Below, one piece after another: positions 28,601 to 37,516 of a stretch of 44,669 nucleotides of DNA (the first letter of the stretch is position 1; the number at the start of each line of letters is the position of its first letter). This stretch comes from an uncultured Micrococcales bacterium (lineage in GTDB: Bacteria > Actinomycetota > Actinomycetes > Actinomycetales > Microbacteriaceae). Below the pieces are notes generated by a model that saw only the letters and a list, made by a program, of their open reading frames with translations, was not told the origin of the DNA and did no database searches. Made by a program: the position numbers and the translations under genes. The stretch spans positions 1 through 44,669 of the forward strand of contig CAJXMQ010000001.1 of assembly GCA_913056225.1 (NCBI GenBank). Reading direction: 5' to 3'.

Positions 28601-29650
28601 ATGGGAGTTTTTTCATCTGCGCGCAAGCGAGTTCTTGGCGTTGTAGCGGCATTACCAATCGCCGCACTAGCACTATCGGGCTGCGCAGCGGCCGAAACTG
28701 AGACTGAACAGGGAAGCCTGGGGGATATCAACATCCAGTTCAGTTGGATTAAGAACGTGGAATTTGCTGGAGAGTACTTCGCAGATACGAATGGCTACTA
28801 CGAGGAAGCCGGCTTCAACTCCGTCAACTTCACAGCCGGACCAACTGCTACCGCAGCTGTGGTTCTCTCGGGTGAAGCGCTGGTGGGTATTTCGGATGCG
28901 ATTGCAGTGACACCTGTAATTCTTGAAGAAGAGGCACCCCTCAAAATTATTGGTGCGACTTACCAAAAGAGCCCATTCACTATTTTGTCTCTGAAGGATG
29001 GGGCAAACATTGAAACTCCACAGGACCTAATTGGAAAAAGAATTGGTGTGCAGGCTGGTGGAAATGAAACACTATTCGACGCAATGCTCCAGGCAAATGG
29101 GATTGATGCCGATCAGGTGACCAAGGTGCCAGTTGAATACGATCCTTCCCCGCTGGTAAACGGTGAAGTCGATGGTTTCCTGGCTTACATCATCAACGAG
29201 TCAATCACCGTTGAGAATCTAGGGTTGGAAACAACAAATCTATTGTTTGCAGACAACGGTTTGCCATTTGTTGCAGAGGCATTCGTGGTCACCCAAGACT
29301 CAATCGATAACAACCGCGAAGCTCTGAAGGCATTCTTGTACGCCACAGCAAAAGGCTGGAAAGACGCTTTAGCTGATCCTGAGGAAGCAGCCCGACTTGC
29401 TGTCGAGGTTTATGGTGCGGATCTAGGTCTGGACATCAACAAGGAGATCCAACAGTCAGTCTCGCAGAATGATCTTCTGATTTTGACTGAAGAAACTGCT
29501 GCCAACGGTCTGCTTACGATTTCTGAGCAGCTTCAGGCTCAGAACATTGAGACCCTTGCTACCGCGGGCTACGAAATCACTGCGGACCAGCTGTTTGACA
29601 TGAGTTTGATTGCAGAGGTTTATGAAGAAAATCCAGAACTTCTGGACTAA
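28601..29650 (+). CDS. ABC transporter substrate-binding lipoprotein, NMT1/THI5-like (NitT/TauT family)
   Basis: Signal peptide with lipobox LALSGC, then an NMT1-like fold (INIQFSWIKNVEFAGEYFA..., GKRIGVQAGG). Confidence 0.8.
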   Translation: MGVFSSARKRVLGVVAALPIAALALSGCAAAETETEQGSLGDINIQFSWIKNVEFAGEYFADTNGYYEEAGFNSVNFTAGPTATAAVVLSGEALVGISDAIAVTPVILEEEAPLKIIGATYQKSPFTILSLKDGANIETPQDLIGKRIGVQAGGNETLFDAMLQANGIDADQVTKVPVEYDPSPLVNGEVDGFLAYIINESITVENLGLETTNLLFADNGLPFVAEAFVVTQDSIDNNREALKAFLYATAKGWKDALADPEEAARLAVEVYGADLGLDINKEIQQSVSQNDLLILTEETAANGLLTISEQLQAQNIETLATAGYEITADQLFDMSLIAEVYEENPELLD

Positions 29651-29660
29651 TCTCTAGCTA

Positions 29661-30482
29661 ATGAATTCAATGGATGCCACTGCCCAAGACCAAAAAGGTT
29701 TGGGCAGTGGCATCACTATTTCTGGGCTGTCAAAAGTCTTCAAAATGGGCAATGATTCAGTCAATGCCTTGGAAAATGCCACCCTTCACTCCGACCGCGG
29801 TAGTTTCTTGTCTTTGCTTGGCCCTTCCGGCTGCGGCAAGTCGACAATTTTGAGAATACTTGCCGGACTGGAAACGCCAACTGCTGGAACCGTAACTGTC
29901 GATGGCATGGATCCAATGGAACTTCGAAGGGATCACCGGCTAGGGATTGCCTTCCAGGACCCAGCTTTGATGCCTTGGCGAAGCGTATATTCAAACATCA
30001 AGCTTCCATTTGAGCTTGCCCGCGTAAAAGCTGATGATGCCCTGATTAATGACCTGATTCAATTAGTTGGTCTGCAGGGGTTTGAAAATGCCCGCCCGGC
30101 TCAACTATCTGGCGGCATGAGGCAAAGAGTTTCAATTGCCAGAGCGCTAGTCGTTCAGCCATCTGTGCTTCTTTTGGATGAACCTTTCGGTGCGCTAGAC
30201 GACATGACCAGGCAACGACTAAACATGGAGCTTCTCAGAATCTGGACAGAGAAGCCGGCAACAACATTGATGGTCACCCATGGCATTTCAGAGGCAATTT
30301 TCCTGAGCGATCAGGTTGCTGTGATGAGTCCCAGGCCTGGTCGTATCAAAGAAATAATTGAAGTAGACCTGCCGAGGCCCAGAACTCCTGATTTGATGCG
30401 AACTCCTGAATTTCATGCCCTTCACGACAGGGCGTCCGATTTATTGTTTGGAGATCAGGGAGTGGCCAACAGCGATGACTGA
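29661..30482 (+). CDS. ABC transporter ATP-binding protein (NitT/TauT family)
   Basis: Walker [10 protein letters not shown], signature LSGGMRQR, Walker B LLLDEP, H-loop VTHG. Confidence 0.9.
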   Translation: MNSMDATAQDQKGLGSGITISGLSKVFKMGNDSVNALENATLHSDRGSFLSLLGPSGCGKSTILRILAGLETPTAGTVTVDGMDPMELRRDHRLGIAFQDPALMPWRSVYSNIKLPFELARVKADDALINDLIQLVGLQGFENARPAQLSGGMRQRVSIARALVVQPSVLLLDEPFGALDDMTRQRLNMELLRIWTEKPATTLMVTHGISEAIFLSDQVAVMSPRPGRIKEIIEVDLPRPRTPDLMRTPEFHALHDRASDLLFGDQGVANSDD

Positions 30483-31296
30483 GCTGATCTACTCCACTCG
30501 ATCAAGAAAACTTCCTTCTTGGGCTACTGGAATAATCGGCGTTGGAACCACAATCGCTATCTGGTGGATTTTAGCCATCACCGCATTCGCAAATGTTGGT
30601 ATTGGCTCCGATGGCGCAATTCCAACTCCTTTGGAAGTTGTCCAGCAACTGTTTGAAGACGGTTGGGGTTTTTATTTCAGAAACGGGTCAGTGACACTAG
30701 CCGAGGCGGCTATTGGTTTTGCTTGGGGAAATGGGCTGGCCCTAGTGTTTGCAGCTATAGCTCTAATAGTTCCAAGGCTTGAAAATCTAACCACTCAAAT
30801 TGCGATTATTACCTACTGCATACCTATTGTTGCCATCGGGCCGATTGTAAGGCTAATTGTTGGAGCACCTGCCAATGGTGAGCCGGCGGGGGCGGCAATC
30901 GTCTTGGCGGCACTCAGTGTTTTCTTCACCACCATGATCGGCGCTCTCACCGGCGTTAAGTCCACTGATCAGCGAATGTTGGACGTGGTGTCAGCCTATG
31001 GCGGCGGAGTTTGGCAGAAGGTTGTCAAGGTGCAATTACTATCGGCTCTTCCTTCGATTTTTGCGGCGTTCAAGATTGCTGCTCCAGCGGCATTTTTGGG
31101 CGCCATTCTGGGGGAATATGTAGGTGGGCCTGATGTTGGTTTCGGGCCCGCTATGGTGAATGCCCAGCAGTCTCTTGAGGTTGCAAGGGTATGGGGTGTG
31201 GCCCTAGTCTCAGGTTTATTTGCCGGTGCCGGCTACGCGCTTTTCAGCCTGCTGGGAAAACTTCTAACCCCTTGGGCAGAAGGGAGCGCCAAGTGA
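30475..31296 (+). CDS. ABC transporter permease 1
   Basis: About 273 aa with 6 TM helices of the BPD_transp_1 type. I place the start at ATG 30475, overlapping the ATPase stop by 8 nt. Confidence 0.8.
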   Translation: MTELIYSTRSRKLPSWATGIIGVGTTIAIWWILAITAFANVGIGSDGAIPTPLEVVQQLFEDGWGFYFRNGSVTLAEAAIGFAWGNGLALVFAAIALIVPRLENLTTQIAIITYCIPIVAIGPIVRLIVGAPANGEPAGAAIVLAALSVFFTTMIGALTGVKSTDQRMLDVVSAYGGGVWQKVVKVQLLSALPSIFAAFKIAAPAAFLGAILGEYVGGPDVGFGPAMVNAQQSLEVARVWGVALVSGLFAGAGYALFSLLGKLLTPWAEGSAK

Positions 31297-32162
31297 ATTT
31301 CAAAATAGAAGATTCAGCTGACCGCTCCTTGATTGCGGTTCGAAGCAAGGTCAAGCGCGATGCCGCAAAAGAAACCGCCAAGCTTGCCACAACAACCGCT
31401 CTAAACACATTGTTATCGCTGGCTGTTGTTGTGGTTTTGTGGGTTTTTTCACTTTGGGCATTCGATGTTTCACCTTATATTGGCAAGGGCCCGATCGACG
31501 TTTTTGAGTATTTATTCTTAGAAGATGCAGCTGAACATCAAGCTTTGGTGCTTAGCGCTTTGAATCAAACCATGATTGATGCAGCAATCGGTTTTTCCTT
31601 CGGCTTATTCTTTGCAACCTTTATATCTGTCCTGTTCACCGTCTCCAAGGGACTCGAACAGGCGCTGATGCCAATAGCAATGTTGCTCAGAAGCGTTCCG
31701 CTTATTGCTATGGCTCCAATCTTGATTTTGATTTTTGGGAGAGAGCAACTAACCGTCGCTGTGATGGGGGCAATTGTGGTTTTGTTTCCAGCACTTGTGA
31801 ATATTGTTTTTGGACTTAGAAGCGCTTCCAGAGCAATGCTTGATGTGGCAACTGTTTACGGGGCAAACCGCTGGGCTGCATTGCGCTACGTGGCCTTCCC
31901 CAGCTCACTTCCGAGTTTCTTCGCAGCCGTCAAAATTTCCGTTCCGGGAGCCATCACCGGTGCCTTATTAGTGGAATGGTTGGCAACTGGTCAGGGAATT
32001 GGGTACGGCATTATCTCCGCCGTTGGTAGAGCCAAAACCGATGAGGTCTGGGCCTATGTTGCAACAATCACAGTTGTTTCCATCGTTCTTTATAACTTGG
32101 TGGCACTATTTGAAGGCTACATTCTCAAAAAATTCGCCCCGCAGGTTTGGAAAAACCGCTAG
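31293..32162 (+). CDS. ABC transporter permease 2
   Basis: About 289 aa with a hydrophilic N-terminus followed by 6 TM helices. The GTG start overlaps the permease 1 stop (GTGA). Confidence 0.8.
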   Translation: MNFKIEDSADRSLIAVRSKVKRDAAKETAKLATTTALNTLLSLAVVVVLWVFSLWAFDVSPYIGKGPIDVFEYLFLEDAAEHQALVLSALNQTMIDAAIGFSFGLFFATFISVLFTVSKGLEQALMPIAMLLRSVPLIAMAPILILIFGREQLTVAVMGAIVVLFPALVNIVFGLRSASRAMLDVATVYGANRWAALRYVAFPSSLPSFFAAVKISVPGAITGALLVEWLATGQGIGYGIISAVGRAKTDEVWAYVATITVVSIVLYNLVALFEGYILKKFAPQVWKNR

Positions 32163-32231
32163 CCAAGACTTTTTATCTTGGAGTAAACGAGGTCTAAGGT
32201 TTGTTGCTAACTAAAACAGTGGGAGATAGAT

Positions 32232-32522
32232 ATGTGGACAGCAGTTATAAACGGTGAAGTAATAGCAGCCTCGGACAACACTCAGCAGGTCGAGGGAAAC
32301 CAGTACTTCCCAATGGGGTCAATCAAGACTGAGTTTCTAACGGAGTCCTCTAAAACCACAGTTTGCTCATGGAAGGGAACCGCTAACTATTTCAACCTGG
32401 TGGTCAATGGCGAGACAAAGCTGGATGCTGCTTGGATCTATCAAACTCCCAAGGATGCAGCATCCTCAATTGCGGGGCACGTTGCATTTGGAAGAGACGT
32501 TGAGGTCACCAAAGCCGGCTAA
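32232..32522 (+). CDS. DUF427 domain protein
   Basis: 96 aa with the characteristic ...EGNQYFP....C.WKG.A.Y... pattern. GGGAGA SD lies upstream. Confidence 0.7.
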   Translation: MWTAVINGEVIAASDNTQQVEGNQYFPMGSIKTEFLTESSKTTVCSWKGTANYFNLVVNGETKLDAAWIYQTPKDAASSIAGHVAFGRDVEVTKAG

Positions 32523-32532
32523 TTGGTTGCAT

Positions 32533-33336
32533 TTAGCCGTGTAAGGGCTTGCTGGCATCTATTGCCTCGGGCAATAATCCGCAATCAAACACGACATCGG
32601 ATCCCAGAGAGTAGCTCACTGTGTCAGGTCTAATTGCATTAATAAGTTTTTGAGGGTGATTAGACATGGTCAATCCAGATGGACCCTTGCCGATGAGCAA
32701 GGGTGCGATAGAAATGTGAATGCGACCGAGCAATTCACTTTCAATGAATTTAGCGATTGTGTAACTCCCGCCCTCAACTAGCAGGTTGCCCATCCCTTTT
32801 GAACGCAATGCTTCCACAATCTCATTTGGACTGAACTGGCCATCATGAGCTTCCAGCCTAATTACCTCAACTCCGCCTGGACGGGTGGTCTCGACTGCTT
32901 GAATAACAAATCTGCGGGTTCCATCATCTGCCAACACTGGAGAGTCATTAGGTAACCGCCCATTTGGATCAATCACGATTCGAGCAGGGTTTGGCCCCTC
33001 GCAGTGTCTGACCGTAAGCCTGGGACTGTCGTGCAATGCGGTCTTAACTCCAATAATTACCCCATCAACCAGAGCTCGAATTCTGTGCAGGTGAACAATC
33101 CCATCAGGACCAGAAACCTCTCCTGAATCACCCGAAACTGTGGCAACTCTCCCGTCTAAAGACTGTCCGATCTGACCAATGATTAGTTGCTGGTTGTCCC
33201 TGCGAGCAATTGGTGAATAAAGATTAAGTGCTTCCTGCTCGGATTCGCTAAAGTCTCCGCAGCAAGCGCAGGCTTTTTCGCTACGGACATCCAAAAGCCT
33301 CTGCCAAACTTTGTCACTCACATTAAGTTTTTGCAT
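32533..33336 (-). CDS. RibD C-terminal-domain (dihydrofolate-reductase-like) reductase with a Cys-rich N-terminal extension
   Basis: GQIGQSLDGRVAT...HRIRALVDGVIIGVKTALHDSPRLTVR matches the RibD_C reductase signature. An extra ~45 aa N-terminus contains ACACCG. The start overlaps the upstream stop by 14 nt. Confidence 0.75.
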   Translation of the reverse strand: MQKLNVSDKVWQRLLDVRSEKACACCGDFSESEQEALNLYSPIARRDNQQLIIGQIGQSLDGRVATVSGDSGEVSGPDGIVHLHRIRALVDGVIIGVKTALHDSPRLTVRHCEGPNPARIVIDPNGRLPNDSPVLADDGTRRFVIQAVETTRPGGVEVIRLEAHDGQFSPNEIVEALRSKGMGNLLVEGGSYTIAKFIESELLGRIHISIAPLLIGKGPSGLTMSNHPQKLINAIRPDTVSYSLGSDVVFDCGLLPEAIDASKPLHG

Positions 33337-34111
33337 GTTGAGCCCCTAATTCAAAGTCTTTTGGCAAAGCCAAAATGTCCCCGTGCCCAATGGTGCAGTC
33401 AGTTTCTCGAGCTTGGCTGGTTCTGATCTCAGCCCAAAAAACAGCATCCTGTTGTCCGGTTTCCAGGGCAGCCTCAGCTATGCCCTGCACCAAGGCTTGC
33501 TGAAGCTCTTCCTCCGCAGGTCCAAGCTGCCAGGAACTTGGGGCGGTGAAGACATCGAAGCCCGCAGATTTGAAGACTTCCTCCGCTACTGAAACCGAGT
33601 CTGGGCCAAGTGCTGATCCAAAACCCTTATCGCTGCGTTGATGATTATTGAAAGCCTGGGTTATTGAGTTATCAAGTGAATTCTCTGGCATCCAGTTCAT
33701 AACACCGTCATAGGAGAGTGCGAAATAGACAGGCACCTGAACCTTTTCAACAAAGTTTTCAAGCCACTGCCTGCTCACCAGGTCAATCAAAGCCGATGCG
33801 GTAACAAGGGTCGCATTCTCCAAAGGAAGCTTCTCTAAATCCGAAATGTCCAATCGATGCAAACTCGCTCGATCACCTAGCTCGGCACCGGCAACCTCCA
33901 GAAGTGAATCATCATTATCAACCAGTCTCCACTCAGCTCCCTCAGGTAAAAAAGGCTCCAAGGCTCTAACCGTGGAACCGGTTCCACTACCCAGGTCAAC
34001 AATTACTGGATTCTCACCGGCAGCCTCAACGGCTTTGGTCAATAATTGAGCATCCCTGGCTGCGTGGTCAGATTGTTCTCTGAGAGCAAGCCACTGTTTG
34101 GAAAAAGCCAA
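33323..34111 (-). CDS. Class I SAM-dependent methyltransferase
   Basis: Motif I VDLGSGTGS is followed by an acidic post-I residue (LVDND). TTG start lies 2 nt after the PTPS-like stop. Confidence 0.75.
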   Translation of the reverse strand: MAFSKQWLALREQSDHAARDAQLLTKAVEAAGENPVIVDLGSGTGSTVRALEPFLPEGAEWRLVDNDDSLLEVAGAELGDRASLHRLDISDLEKLPLENATLVTASALIDLVSRQWLENFVEKVQVPVYFALSYDGVMNWMPENSLDNSITQAFNNHQRSDKGFGSALGPDSVSVAEEVFKSAGFDVFTAPSSWQLGPAEEELQQALVQGIAEAALETGQQDAVFWAEIRTSQARETDCTIGHGDILALPKDFELGAQHAKT

Positions 34112-34113
34112 GC

Positions 34114-34509
34114 CTAAATCTCTCCCTCAAACCAGGCTCTGGCAATGTGGCTTTCCTGAAGTGAGATTCGAAGACTCTTTAGGCGTCCTCCGTCTGAAAG
34201 CTTTCCGGCACGAACCTGTTCGGACAGTTTTTCAAATATGTGCTTGCACAAAAACTCAGTGGTGGTGAACTTTCCTTCTAGCTCAGGGTGCTCATCCAAG
34301 TTTTGATATCTCAACGGATCTAGAACTTCGGAAAGTAGCTCCGTTGCAATCCCGATATCAACCACCAAGCCATGTTCGTCAATATCCTCTGCCATAAACG
34401 CCGCATCAACAGTGAAGGTCGCTCCGTGCATCCCCTGAGCAGGGCCAAACACCTCTGCAGGCAAGGAATGACCAATCATGATGTGGTCTCTTACTTCAAC
34501 GGCGAACAT
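34114..34509 (-). CDS. 6-pyruvoyl-tetrahydropterin synthase (PTPS/QueD)-like protein with a degenerate active site
   Basis: T-fold pattern (GHSL ... GMHGATF ... GLVVDIG ... NLDEH). The canonical C-x3-HGH is replaced by AQGMHGA. I place the start at MFAVEV..., overlapping the upstream stop as TAATG. Confidence 0.65.
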   Translation of the reverse strand: MFAVEVRDHIMIGHSLPAEVFGPAQGMHGATFTVDAAFMAEDIDEHGLVVDIGIATELLSEVLDPLRYQNLDEHPELEGKFTTTEFLCKHIFEKLSEQVRAGKLSDGGRLKSLRISLQESHIARAWFEGEI

Positions 34510-35471
34510 TAAGCCTCCCCTAAATCTTGGTAGCGAATGCGGTGACACAGGGTGTTGTTGTCATTCAAAACCGATTCATAGATATTGGCAATATCTGAAA
34601 AATCTGTCTCACCACTTATCAAAACATCAACAACAGGGTTTTCCAGCAATTCCAATGCCTTCCTAATTCTTCGCTGGTGACTCCAGCGATTAGCTCTATC
34701 CGGTGGCAGATTTCCCACTTGAGAACTAATCAGCCTCAGCCTTTTGCTGTGAAACTTGCCCCCCAGCGAAATTTGTATTGCTTTGTCCCCGTACCAGCTC
34801 GCCTCAACCACTCTGGCCTCCTGCGCAGCAGACTCAATGGCAAGAGCGATACCTTCCTCAGTTGCAGAGGTGTGGATTACAACATCACAGCCAATAGGTG
34901 CCTTAGCAGGCTCAGCAAACGAGCATCCAAATTTAATTGCGACCCGCTCACGCTCTGGATTTATGTCTACCAGGGTGACTTCGGTGCCCGGAATTTGCTT
35001 GACTAGGTAGCCAACCAGTGAGCCAACAACGCCTGCGCCAATGACTGCTACGCGATCACCCGCCGAAACCCCACTATCCCAAACAATATTTAGAGCAGTC
35101 TCCATGTTTGCCGCCAAAATTGCTGTTTCTGCAGGGAGATTCTTGGGCAAAGGGTGTAACAACTGCTCTGGAAGTCGGAACTGAGTTTGATGAGGATGTA
35201 GAGCGAACACTTCTTTGCCCGCAAGTTCACCTTCCATTACTCGCCCAACTGCGCAGTAGCCAAACTTTACGGGAAAAGGAAAATCTCCCTCCTGGCTTGG
35301 AGCCCTCATGCTGGTGGTCTCGGATTCAGGGACTCGGCCTTCAAAAACCAATCGCTCTGTGCCGCGACTGATGCCACTAAACAGGGTTTCCACCAAAACA
35401 CCATGGCCCAACTCCCCTGTCCGTAACTCGGCAGAACCAGGAGATATGCACCAGAGTGCCATTGGATTCAT
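34509..35471 (-). CDS. Medium-chain dehydrogenase/reductase, BchC-like subgroup
   Basis: 320 aa with the Rossmann motif VIGAGVVGSLVG. The N-terminal FSGISRGTE occupies the position where classical Zn-ADHs carry the GxCHSD zinc ligands. Confidence 0.7.
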   Translation of the reverse strand: MNPMALWCISPGSAELRTGELGHGVLVETLFSGISRGTERLVFEGRVPESETTSMRAPSQEGDFPFPVKFGYCAVGRVMEGELAGKEVFALHPHQTQFRLPEQLLHPLPKNLPAETAILAANMETALNIVWDSGVSAGDRVAVIGAGVVGSLVGYLVKQIPGTEVTLVDINPERERVAIKFGCSFAEPAKAPIGCDVVIHTSATEEGIALAIESAAQEARVVEASWYGDKAIQISLGGKFHSKRLRLISSQVGNLPPDRANRWSHQRRIRKALELLENPVVDVLISGETDFSDIANIYESVLNDNNTLCHRIRYQDLGEA

Positions 35472-35737
35472 TTCAGTAACTGTCTTTCAAGTTTTGGTAG
35501 GCAATACGAGAATTCAAGCTGAGACAAAGGTTGTATTTTGTTTGGATTTGAAAATTTCTAAAAAACTCAATTTGGGGCACTATGTGAGAGCACCTGTAAA
35601 AGGCTCTGCTCACAATGGTTTCAGTCGACCCCTTCATTTCCCAATTCTAACAGAACAGAATTAGCTGCAGCCCTGTAGAAAAATCACTGGTTAAACTGAA
35701 GAGGTGTCGCTAATGGAAAAGTCAATTCAATCTTTGA

Positions 35738-36487
35738 ATGGATTCCTCCATGGCTAGCTGGCTTGGTTTTCTGAGATCGTTGATCATTTACAACAACCCG
35801 CAAAGACGTCTTGTTTGGAAAAGGTTTTATCGCAAACTTCTCAACCCCGAAAGCCTAGCTTTTGATATCGGAGCGCACGTTGGCACCCGAACCCGAGCCA
35901 TGAGAGCCGCTGGTGCCAGAGTAGTAGCCCTTGAACCGCAACATCCGTTTGCATATTTTTTGGAAAAAACCCTTCCAAATGACGTGGTTTTTTTAGAAGC
36001 AGCCGCCGGTGCTATCGAAATGGACGCCGAGATGGCTGTATCAAGCAAGCATCCGACTGTTTCTTCAATGAGAACCGAATTCGTTGATGATGCCTCTACC
36101 GCCAAGGGATTTGAAAAAGTGCAGTGGGACAAAAAGCAAACCGTCACAATAGTCACCCTGGATGGTTTGATTGAAAAACACGGCCAACCCGACTACATAA
36201 AAATCGATGTCGAGGGTTATGAGTTGCAGGTTTTATCTGGTTTGTCAAAACCTGTTCCGCTGATATCGGTGGAGTATTTGCCCGGTTTTCCAAAACTCAC
36301 CAAGGAAGTCGTGACAAGATTGCTCGAACTTGGTGATTATGAATTTAACCCAGTGGTTGGCGAAAATGCCAAATTCCTCTGGTCTGAATGGAAGCAGGCT
36401 GATCAATTGCAGTCTTGGATGCAAACCCAGCCTGCAACTGGCAAGGCTTCTGATTTATTTGCCAGGCTGAAATCAGAGGCTTTCTAA
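35738..36487 (+). CDS. FkbM-family methyltransferase
   Basis: AFDIGAHVGTRT motif and ...IKIDVEGYELQVL... are typical of FkbM-type methyltransferases. It is the only plus-strand gene in the cluster. Confidence 0.75.
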   Translation: MDSSMASWLGFLRSLIIYNNPQRRLVWKRFYRKLLNPESLAFDIGAHVGTRTRAMRAAGARVVALEPQHPFAYFLEKTLPNDVVFLEAAAGAIEMDAEMAVSSKHPTVSSMRTEFVDDASTAKGFEKVQWDKKQTVTIVTLDGLIEKHGQPDYIKIDVEGYELQVLSGLSKPVPLISVEYLPGFPKLTKEVVTRLLELGDYEFNPVVGENAKFLWSEWKQADQLQSWMQTQPATGKASDLFARLKSEAF

Positions 36488-37516
36488 AGCACGGCCGACA
36501 ATCTCTGCGGTTTGCTTCCAGCTGTTGAGCTTTTTTCCTGCGTCTTCGCTCGCGGCGGACATGTCATTTCTCAGGAATTGGTCTGTAAGGACTTCAGACA
36601 AGGCCTTGGCGAAACTTTCTGGATCATCAACTGGAACCAGTTTGCCTGCACCGGCAGCAACCGTATCTACAACCGCACCCGCCTGGCAGCTGATAATTGG
36701 CAGGCCGTAGCTCATCGCCTCAGCAAACACCATTCCGTATCCCTCATAGCGAGTGGCGAGTGCAAAAACACTTGCTTGGCAGTAAAGATCATTTAGTTGA
36801 CTGGTTGAAACACTGCTCTGGATTTTGACTCGATCCGCTAACCCAAAAACTGCAATGAGCCTCTCTAGCTCCGAGGCGTAGGCCTTGTCATGCACCGACC
36901 CTGCAATTACTGCCTGCCAGTCCAGGTGAGTGATTTGAGACAAGGCTTGCAGCAACACATCATGTCCTTTTCTGTGAACCTGAATTCCCACAGAGAGCAC
37001 CAATGGTGGGTCTGTCTTTGCCTGATTGCATTCAAAAAAATCAATCCCTGGTTCAGCTACGGTAATTTTGGAACCTTCGATTCCATACTCTTGGACGAGC
37101 AGATTCTTTGTGTGGTGGCTTGGGACAATCACGTGCTGGCAGGCATTGATGTTCACTCGCTCAGTTTCAAAAAACTGCTCGCGCAATTTAGGCTCCAAAT
37201 TTCCCTCATAGGCAAGCGGGTGATGAATCAATGCAACCACTTTTGCCCTCAAAGAGTTCATAACCTCAGAATCCATCGCTCCTAGAGCCAGGCCGTCAAT
37301 TAACAAAGTGTCATCGGGTGTGAAAGCTGAAAGCTGTTCTCGAGCGTATTGGATGTCGGCCTGATTTGGTTTGGGAAAGCTATCTCCCAAAGATAAGTGG
37401 CTAACTGATAAGCCTTGCTTTTCTAGCTCCGCAAGCAATTTCCGATCATAGATATACCCCCCGGTTTGAATGCTTAGATCACCGGGGATTACCAAAATCA
37501 AGGACTTAGAACTCAC
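36473..37516 (-). CDS. GT-B glycosyltransferase, family 4 (Glycos_transf_1)
   Basis: EX7E motif (YEGYGMVFAEAMSYGLPII). The GTG start overlaps the upstream stop (GTGA). Confidence 0.8.
   Translation of the reverse strand: MSSKSLILVIPGDLSIQTGGYIYDRKLLAELEKQGLSVSHLSLGDSFPKPNQADIQYAREQLSAFTPDDTLLIDGLALGAMDSEVMNSLRAKVVALIHHPLAYEGNLEPKLREQFFETERVNINACQHVIVPSHHTKNLLVQEYGIEGSKITVAEPGIDFFECNQAKTDPPLVLSVGIQVHRKGHDVLLQALSQITHLDWQAVIAGSVHDKAYASELERLIAVFGLADRVKIQSSVSTSQLNDLYCQASVFALATRYEGYGMVFAEAMSYGLPIISCQAGAVVDTVAAGAGKLVPVDDPESFAKALSEVLTDQFLRNDMSAASEDAGKKLNSWKQTAEIVGRALESL

Noticed and set aside
30415-31292. ORF-track N-terminal extensions of the two permeases (30415-30474 and 31191-31292), and likewise of clpP1 (10194-10232), tesB (19399-19470), the SSB paralog (22454-22519), the PTPS-like gene (34510-34548), the UPF0104 gene (38518-38604) and mnhG (39669-39689).
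   Set aside because: Each extension overlaps the preceding gene and is not hydrophobic or conserved-looking. In each case an internal ATG, GTG or TTG gives a classic 1-8 nt stop/start overlap or a proper SD.
32163-32181. Hairpin CCAAGA-CTTTTTA-TCTTGG after the second permease gene as an intrinsic terminator.
   Set aside because: The 6-bp stem is not followed by a T-tract, and the DUF427 gene follows in the same orientation. At most it is a weak attenuator.
35308-35664. 118-aa plus-strand ORF spanning the dehydrogenase start and the 266-bp spacer. A 14-codon ORF (MEKSIQSLNGFLHG) also lies just upstream of the FkbM gene.
   Set aside because: The first half of the 118-aa ORF is antisense to the dehydrogenase N-terminus, and the rest is AT-rich spacer with no SD. 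The mini-ORF has no support beyond an ATG. I have no basis to call either one.
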